Shown here one piece after another: positions 57,957 to 64,000 of a DNA stretch of 64,000 bases (positions within the stretch are counted from its first letter, which is position 1; every line of letters begins with the position of its first letter). Made by a program: the position numbers and the translations under genes. The notes beneath the pieces were generated by a model. That model saw nothing but the letters and a program-made list of their open reading frames with translations, was not told where the DNA came from and did no database searches. Source of the DNA: an uncultured Phascolarctobacterium sp. (GTDB lineage: Bacteria; Bacillota; Negativicutes; Acidaminococcales; Acidaminococcaceae); NCBI GenBank assembly GCA_947630795.1, contig CANRJC010000011.1:11161-75160 (forward strand), read 5' to 3'.

Positions 57957-59270
57957 ATGAATCTGATTGAAAATAAAACGAAATTTAAGCATTCCGGTAG
58001 GCCAGGCTGGGGTGTCGGAACTTTCATAAAATCCGAGAATGACTATGTAACGATCAACTTTGAAAACGTAGGGCCTAAAAAATTCAGGAAAACAAGTATT
58101 AACGAAGAACTGAAGATCATAAAAGGAACCGATAATAGTACCGCAAATAAAAGTTTACAAAGTAGGCCAATAGACGGCTTGACGAACGCACAAAGCAGTT
58201 CGTTGATTCAATATGATGGGGAAGAAGGCAATGGTTTTGCCGGCAAAAATGTTATTGAAGCGTTTGAAGGTAACGACACAGTTTTATTTAATGAGACATA
58301 CATAATCATTGGAAAACATACGAAAGCGTTTAAATTACATGCTTTGTATGACTTGATAATTATGGGAGATGTGACTGTTCAAGAGTGCAAAGTAAACGGC
58401 TCATTAACAGTTCTGGGTGATGCTCGTATTAATAATCTGGACTGTCAAAATGGGTTTATTTGTAAAGGCGATTTGTATTCAGATAATATTTATGTTGGTG
58501 GGGATATGATCGTTGATTCTATCAACTGTGATGAGTTGCTCTGTGACGGAAATGTAGTTGTCAAAAAATCAGTAAACATTAACCGTAATGCAAAAATAGT
58601 AGAGACTATGATAGCATGCGAAGGAATAACGGGTGAAGGCAAGTTCTCCGCTCTCAATGCCATAGCAAACGAATATTTCGAATTTGATGGTGACTGCGAA
58701 GGAAAAATTGTAGAACTGGAAACGGATACTACAATCAGTAATACAGTTCCCGTTAAAGCTGTTTCTTTAGAGCCAATTGAAGAAATTATCAAATTAGCAA
58801 ACCAAAAACTCATCGAGGAGTACAAGAGATATCCTGAAATGGACGAAGAACAAATAATGGCACATTTAAGACATTTGAGCTTAATCGAGAGTGACGAATT
58901 AAAAACACTTCCTGTTGTGGAACAGATGTTTTCTTGTCTGGTAGAGATGTCTTATAAAAATAAAATTGGGACTATTGAAGAGTATTTGACAGTTCTTGAA
59001 GCAGAGAAAGTATTGCCAGCTGAAATATATTCTTATGAAACAATCGAGCACATAGGTAATAGCTACCTTCCTAAAGCGCAGAGTGAGGTTGAGAAATTAA
59101 GTTTTGAACCTACATCTATTCAGCAGTTCGCTAAGGTTCTTTTGCTGGCAGTAAAGCTTAAAGAAAGAGTATCCGATAATTGGGGAATCATTATGGAAAA
59201 ACTTTTCGAATCTATTGGGTTAAAATACGCAACTGTAAGTAAGATGATTGAAAGAAATAAGCCTATTTAG
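57957..59270 (+). CDS. hypothetical protein: N-terminal Tudor/SH3-like segment + bactofilin-like beta-helix repeats + helical C-terminus
   Basis: FKHSGRPGWGVGTFIKSENDYVTINFENVGPKKF resembles the HxxFGxGxV C-terminal domain of PcrA/UvrD (DUF3553-like). Residues ~150-230 show hexapeptide-like repeats (GDVTVQECKVNGSLTVLGDARINNLDCQNGFICKGDLYSDNIYVGGDMIVDS...). 16-nt gap from the helicase gene. Confidence 0.75.
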   Translation: MNLIENKTKFKHSGRPGWGVGTFIKSENDYVTINFENVGPKKFRKTSINEELKIIKGTDNSTANKSLQSRPIDGLTNAQSSSLIQYDGEEGNGFAGKNVIEAFEGNDTVLFNETYIIIGKHTKAFKLHALYDLIIMGDVTVQECKVNGSLTVLGDARINNLDCQNGFICKGDLYSDNIYVGGDMIVDSINCDELLCDGNVVVKKSVNINRNAKIVETMIACEGITGEGKFSALNAIANEYFEFDGDCEGKIVELETDTTISNTVPVKAVSLEPIEEIIKLANQKLIEEYKRYPEMDEEQIMAHLRHLSLIESDELKTLPVVEQMFSCLVEMSYKNKIGTIEEYLTVLEAEKVLPAEIYSYETIEHIGNSYLPKAQSEVEKLSFEPTSIQQFAKVLLLAVKLKERVSDNWGIIMEKLFESIGLKYATVSKMIERNKPI

Positions 59271-59365
59271 GCACAGAATAACAAATTTATAAGCTAAGAT
59301 CAGCATGGACATTATATGAGGAACAGCAATTAATCTAATTATTGCAAGAGCATCGGAGAAGGAAA

Positions 59366-62300
59366 ATGACCGTAAGCGAGGTAAATAGAATGCCTAACAT
59401 AAAAAGTATTGACCGTGAACTACTTGCTAATGCAATTTTGCAGGGTTTTAAAGGTAAAATAACAGGTGAAGGTACCGATGTAGTAATTGGGGAAAACCCA
59501 GAAAATAGATATTTCGTCGGAAAGCTCTTGCCCGTTAGTGATTCACAAAAATCCTCTTGGGGATCTGATTTTTTTATAGAATCTATAGGAACTGATTTTT
59601 ACATTGCTATAGAAGAAATAAAGACAGCACAGCTTACCATTTATCCAAAAGGGGACTTTTATTATCGTGCGTATCCTACTCTTGAACAGCAGCGTACTGC
59701 TATGCTCAAAAGAGCCAATGAACTGTTTGAAACAAGTTTTTCAAGCTTTGATGAGATTATTAAACGATATGAAGAGGATTATTCAGTATTATCTAAACTC
59801 AAAGAAAAACTCATTCCAATTTATAAGAAAGTGCAAATCAACCGTAGCGACTTTACGCTAACATTTAATTTGCATGAACTTCTGCGAGATAATCCACAGT
59901 TCGGTTTTGCAGGCGCAAATCACGCACAGAACATGCAATTTGCAGAATTTCTTGACAACCTCCAAAATTCGATTTGTGAGGATGAATACTGCTATACCAC
60001 GGAACTATTTGAAAAAACTACTGTAAAGGACTTGTTGACAGAACAAAATTATAAAAATTTTCTTAAAAGGAATGCCAAACAAGGCCCTCCTATACGTCAG
60101 AATTGGAATGTATATGTTGATTTGACCTTAAAACTCATTAAGGACAGAGACGAATATTTGATATCTGTTGCCCTTGTTAATGGATCTCAGGTTCAATCAA
60201 ACAGCGTTACTCATAAATCGAATAAAAAATCCAATGATAAGCCTACAATCGAGACACTTTTTAACTCCGGGATGGAAATCAAGCTCGATGGGGCTAATTT
60301 CTCTACTATTGACCTGGATTTCTTTGCTGAAGATTACAAATACAACAGCAGCCAGAAAGCTGTAGGAAATAATTGTTCCGTCATTTATGATGCGGACAAC
60401 AACTCGATTATAACAAACCATCTGCCTGTATTTATTCAAAAACGGTTGCTCACAAATGATGAGTTTGCTGTCTCGTTCCAATCATTGATCGATGACCCTG
60501 TTACAATTCTCAGGGACATCCATAATAATATGCTCGCTGAACACAAAAATTGGGAAAATATTCTTGAAGAAAAGAGACCAGTACTTTCGCCTGTTGGGAT
60601 TAAAAATATGCAGGAAGAAATTAACGAGTTTGCACGAGAAATCCGTCGCTTTGAGTTTGGTATTGAGATAATCAACGATTACCCAATCATTATGAAAAGC
60701 TTCAAAAATATGAACCAGACGTTCTTGAATACCTCCAAAAAATATAGTACTTGGAGATTGTTTCAGATTGTTTATATCGTTTCGCTCATACCAGATATAG
60801 CGGCATGTGATGGGACTGCGATTCTTGATGTTCACAAAAAACAGAGCACGCTTAACGAGGTTTCTCTTCTATACTTCCCTACAGGTGGCGGTAAGACTGA
60901 AGCTTTCCTTGGGGTTTTGGTTTTTAATCTGTTCTTTGATAGATACCGCGGAAAGGAATGCGGCGTAACATCAATCCTCAGATATCCATTAAGGCTTCTT
61001 TCTGTTCAGCAGGTACAGCGTTTGGCTAATGTTCTTGCTCAAGCTGAACTGATCAGGAGAAATGACAAAGCAATATTCAGAACTGAAGAATTTTCTCTTG
61101 GCTATTTTGTTGGTGATGCGAACACGCCTAACAAAATAGAAAAGAAAAATGTACTAAAGTATAGGAGAGCTTCACAAGAAGTCCTAGATGAGGAGCGAAT
61201 TATTGATGTTTGCCCTTTTTGTGGCAAAAAGACAGTTCATTTGAAATTCGATGAAAACTCTTATCGTCTGATTCATTATTGTGACAATACGGAATGCAGG
61301 TCAAATGGCATTTTACCGATTTTTATGGTTGACCACGAAATCTACCGTTATTTACCTTCTGCCATTATAAGTACAGTTGATAAGCTTGCCATTTTGGGGA
61401 ATAACCCGAATTTTAGAAATATTTTTTCTGGAGCTACCCACAGATGCCCAAAGCATGGTTTTACGAACACTACAAAATGTATGGTAGATAGGGAGTTTTG
61501 CGATGTTGATATTGCCGATTTCGAAGAAGTTGAAATGTATGACCCAGCACCTACTTTGTTCATACAAGATGAGTTGCACTTGATTCGTGAAAGTCTGGGA
61601 ACGTACGCTTCTCATTATGAATCTTTTATTGATTACTATGTGAAAAATGTATCACCGTCACATCGACCTATCAAAATCATCGGTGCTACTGCAACAATTT
61701 CCTCTTACAAGACGCAGATTTCTCAGTTGTATAACAAGGATCCCATTCGCTTCCCCTGTGCTTCTCCAGATTTGAAACGAAATTTCTATTCATATATTGG
61801 GAATGATGATATTCAACGTTTAATTATAGGATACGCACCTTTCGGTAAAGCTATTATCAATTCTGTAGTCTACTCACTTAAATATATGAGAGAAGTTGTA
61901 TATGACTATGTGAAATGTCCTGAAAAGGTCTTGAATATCCCCGGTATAGGTATTGATTCTATTGATGAGGCATTGGAAATACTGAAAGACTACTGGATCT
62001 TCCTTGAATATAACAATATCAAGCGAGACGGGAATAATGTTGAAGGTGCTCTCGAAACACCTATTAATGTTGAGCTCCGCAAAGATGGAGTAACTCCTTT
62101 CAAAACAAGAAAAATGACCGGTGACGAAACCTTTCAGGACGTGCGTGAGGTTTTATCGAAGGTAGAAAACAATGAGGATGTGTTTAACGGTGTAAACCTT
62201 ATTGTTGCAACATCGATGATTTCTCATGGGGTCGATGCTGATCGATTTAACATAATGTTCTTCTATGGTATGCCTGGTAATACGGCTGAGTACATTCAGG

Positions 62301-62833
62301 CATACAGCAGAACCGGAAGAAAATATACAAGCATTGTTATCGATATAATGAGACCTTCCAGAGAAACAGATCAAAGCTATCTAAAAAACTTCGTAAACTT
62401 TCATGAGTTTAAAGATATTCTGGTCGAATCTGTTCCCATCAACCGTTGGGCAACGAAAGCCATAGATTGGACGTTGCCGGGTATCTTCACAGGTCTACTG
62501 CTGATGAAATATGACCCCCAATTACAATCAAGTTGCGGTTCGCAATTCTTTATGAACAACATTAAAAAGGCAATTTCTAATGGCTACTTGGATAAGGCAA
62601 CTGTTATCGAAGAATTAAAACTGGCTTATGGATGCACTGTTGCAGGACAAGTAAATGAGCTTGGAAACCAATACAAAGAAAAGATTGAAAGTTTCGTTGA
62701 GGATGTTTTTGCAAGAATCTCTGATAAGAACTGGGAAAAGGAAAATATCTTTTCTGGATTTGAACTTATGGGTTATCACATCATGAATAGTATGAGAGAT
62801 ACCGATACTCAATTGATTATCGAACTGGAATGA
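59366..62833 (+). CDS. large SF2 DExH helicase with zinc-ribbon inserts (DrmA-like architecture)
   Basis: About 500 aa of unassigned N-terminal region, then Walker A YFPTGGGKTEAF, motif II FIQDELHLI, motif V/VI IVATSMISHGVDADR ... QAYSRTGR. Cys clusters CPFCGKK...YCDNTEC and HRCPKHG...KC lie inside the RecA1 region. The start could be ATG 59366 or ATG 59390 (GAGGT RBS). Confidence 0.85.
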   Translation: MTVSEVNRMPNIKSIDRELLANAILQGFKGKITGEGTDVVIGENPENRYFVGKLLPVSDSQKSSWGSDFFIESIGTDFYIAIEEIKTAQLTIYPKGDFYYRAYPTLEQQRTAMLKRANELFETSFSSFDEIIKRYEEDYSVLSKLKEKLIPIYKKVQINRSDFTLTFNLHELLRDNPQFGFAGANHAQNMQFAEFLDNLQNSICEDEYCYTTELFEKTTVKDLLTEQNYKNFLKRNAKQGPPIRQNWNVYVDLTLKLIKDRDEYLISVALVNGSQVQSNSVTHKSNKKSNDKPTIETLFNSGMEIKLDGANFSTIDLDFFAEDYKYNSSQKAVGNNCSVIYDADNNSIITNHLPVFIQKRLLTNDEFAVSFQSLIDDPVTILRDIHNNMLAEHKNWENILEEKRPVLSPVGIKNMQEEINEFAREIRRFEFGIEIINDYPIIMKSFKNMNQTFLNTSKKYSTWRLFQIVYIVSLIPDIAACDGTAILDVHKKQSTLNEVSLLYFPTGGGKTEAFLGVLVFNLFFDRYRGKECGVTSILRYPLRLLSVQQVQRLANVLAQAELIRRNDKAIFRTEEFSLGYFVGDANTPNKIEKKNVLKYRRASQEVLDEERIIDVCPFCGKKTVHLKFDENSYRLIHYCDNTECRSNGILPIFMVDHEIYRYLPSAIISTVDKLAILGNNPNFRNIFSGATHRCPKHGFTNTTKCMVDREFCDVDIADFEEVEMYDPAPTLFIQDELHLIRESLGTYASHYESFIDYYVKNVSPSHRPIKIIGATATISSYKTQISQLYNKDPIRFPCASPDLKRNFYSYIGNDDIQRLIIGYAPFGKAIINSVVYSLKYMREVVYDYVKCPEKVLNIPGIGIDSIDEALEILKDYWIFLEYNNIKRDGNNVEGALETPINVELRKDGVTPFKTRKMTGDETFQDVREVLSKVENNEDVFNGVNLIVATSMISHGVDADRFNIMFFYGMPGNTAEYIQAYSRTGRKYTSIVIDIMRPSRETDQSYLKNFVNFHEFKDILVESVPINRWATKAIDWTLPGIFTGLLLMKYDPQLQSSCGSQFFMNNIKKAISNGYLDKATVIEELKLAYGCTVAGQVNELGNQYKEKIESFVEDVFARISDKNWEKENIFSGFELMGYHIMNSMRDTDTQLIIELE

Positions 62834-62847
62834 GGGTGGTGAATAAT

Positions 62848-64000
62848 ATGAGTTCTAAACGGCAGATGAAAAGAGGAAAGAATCAGTCTTTGTACAAATA
62901 TCTTCCCGAAACTTGGATAGATTTTTCTGTTCGAGGCAAGGAAAGGAAACAATATATTGCTAAAGTTGTAAGATGGAACAGCGAAAAGCTAGACGAAATA
63001 AATGTCAAAAGACTTATTAGAACCGTTAATGAGTTAGTTCGCTCGTTTGAAAACCAATGCCAAACACATGGCGCTATTAAGCCAACTGTTGGTTTTGGGA
63101 CTGAACTTACTAAGGATAATTGTTATGTTCTTACCCCTAAAGCTTCTGACGAAGAAAGAGGTATTGTCGCTCAGATTAGCCCTTTGACTTTCTATTGTAA
63201 GAGCTGCCATAAGGTTTATCAGTTCAGTAGCGAGGAAGAATATCAAAAGCATAAATATTGTACTAATCCGGAATGCCATCAATCCGAGCTTGCTCAGTTC
63301 CGGCAGATATATTTCTGCAAGTGTGGATATGCAACAGACAGGCATAATCCACGTTGTCCAGAGCACGGATATCAATATGTAAAATGGGACGGAAACTATA
63401 ATTTTATTTGTTACAGATGTAACAAGACTATTCCCATGCAAGTGAAGTGCCCGATTTGTGGTGAAATATTGAGGCCTAAAGTTGCCCTTGATCCAGCTCA
63501 GTTTTTTGTGTTTAGTTTAAGTCTTATTGACTTAATCGACGAAAAATTGGAAAATTTTATTTCTGAAACCTCTTATGGGACATATATAACATTCGCATAC
63601 TGGCTTGAATTAATAAATAAAGAGGAGCTTGATGAAATTATAAGGAATGGAATTGTTTCTGATCCGGATATATATCAAAAAGAATATGACAGAATGTATA
63701 AGGAAATGCTTCCTCTTGGGGCGACTGTCGCAGCGCAGGCGGCAAAAATAGCTGCCGACAAAATATGCGGAAATAGATTTAATGACATCGTTAATGACCT
63801 AAGAACCAAGGTTTTTTCTACAAAAAGCGATATGTCCAGCATGGCTGAACGAATTCTGGAGTATGAAATGGTAACCAGGCTAGATGATGTATCTGATTTG
63901 GATTCTGCTATAAATGTCGCTCGTCTTTTAAATACAAACGCAAATCCGAAACAATACGCACAGATTGCAAAGCGCTTTGGCATTAATAGCGCCAGAGTTT
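62848..64000 (+). CDS. Cys-rich (multi zinc-ribbon) protein, 3' end outside the window; DUF1998/DrmB-like by position and cysteine pattern
   Basis: Not in the ORF track because it has no stop in the window. My own translation from ATG 62848 (RBS GAGGGTGG) stays open to nt 64000: MSSKRQMKRGKNQSLYKYLPETWIDF ... FYCKSCHKVY ... YCTNPECHQ ... FCKCGYATDRHNPRCPEHGY ... FICYRCNK ... KCPICGE ... It starts 14 nt after the helicase stop. Confidence 0.75.
   Translation, partial: MSSKRQMKRGKNQSLYKYLPETWIDFSVRGKERKQYIAKVVRWNSEKLDEINVKRLIRTVNELVRSFENQCQTHGAIKPTVGFGTELTKDNCYVLTPKASDEERGIVAQISPLTFYCKSCHKVYQFSSEEEYQKHKYCTNPECHQSELAQFRQIYFCKCGYATDRHNPRCPEHGYQYVKWDGNYNFICYRCNKTIPMQVKCPICGEILRPKVALDPAQFFVFSLSLIDLIDEKLENFISETSYGTYITFAYWLELINKEELDEIIRNGIVSDPDIYQKEYDRMYKEMLPLGATVAAQAAKIAADKICGNRFNDIVNDLRTKVFSTKSDMSSMAERILEYEMVTRLDDVSDLDSAINVARLLNTNANPKQYAQIAKRFGINSARV

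Noticed and set aside
63034-63983. Minus-strand ORFs 63034-63441 and 63675-63983.
   Set aside because: They are antisense to the plus-strand frame that stays open from 62848 to the window end. That frame has a good RBS, tight spacing to the upstream helicase and a coherent Cys-rich protein sequence.

Overview
64-kb window from a G+C-rich bacterial chromosome with anaerobe-type (Firmicutes/Negativicutes-like) gene content; the taxon cannot be fixed from sequence alone. All but one supported gene (a Fic gene) lies on the + strand.

Order of content:
- 1-13.7 kb, housekeeping: dnaE (5' end outside the window), etfB and a ferredoxin-fused etfA, pyruvate kinase, an EF-G paralogue, a FabK-like reductase, RNase P RNA, a GT2 glycosyltransferase and an NlpC/P60 peptidase.
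- 14-28.2 kb: a 14-gene anaerobic cobalamin cluster (cbiD-L-F-G-H-J-ET-A-B, cobD, an ApgM-like gene, cobQ, cobO, cbiC) behind a probable B12 riboswitch.
- 28.5-34.4 kb: an MTA / 5'-deoxyadenosine / SAH recycling cluster (mtnP, mtnA, ahcY, class II aldolase, mtaD), then pduL.
- 34.4-42.9 kb, accessory patch rich in repeats: an Rpn-family nuclease, a Fic protein, an MBL-fold hydrolase, a lipoprotein, a DUF4143-type AAA ATPase bracketed by perfect direct repeats, and a duplicated immunity-like / toxin-like cassette.
- 42.9-52.6 kb: a complete pyrimidine operon (pyrB, pyrC, carA, carB, pyrK, pyrD, pyrF, pyrE) behind an attenuator.
- 52.6-64 kb, integration hotspot at the pyrE terminator: an Mrr-type restriction endonuclease cassette bounded by ~65-bp direct repeats. 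It is followed by a sharply AT-rich island with five tightly packed co-directional genes: a MORC/Hsp90-like GHKL ATPase, a UvrD-like helicase, a beta-helix protein with a Tudor-like N-terminus, a ~1150-aa DExH helicase with zinc-ribbon inserts, and a Cys-rich protein that runs off the window.

I regard that last cluster as the best candidate for a new or poorly described multi-gene defence system. No tRNA, rRNA or CRISPR array was seen. All functional calls come from motif recognition by eye, not from database searches.
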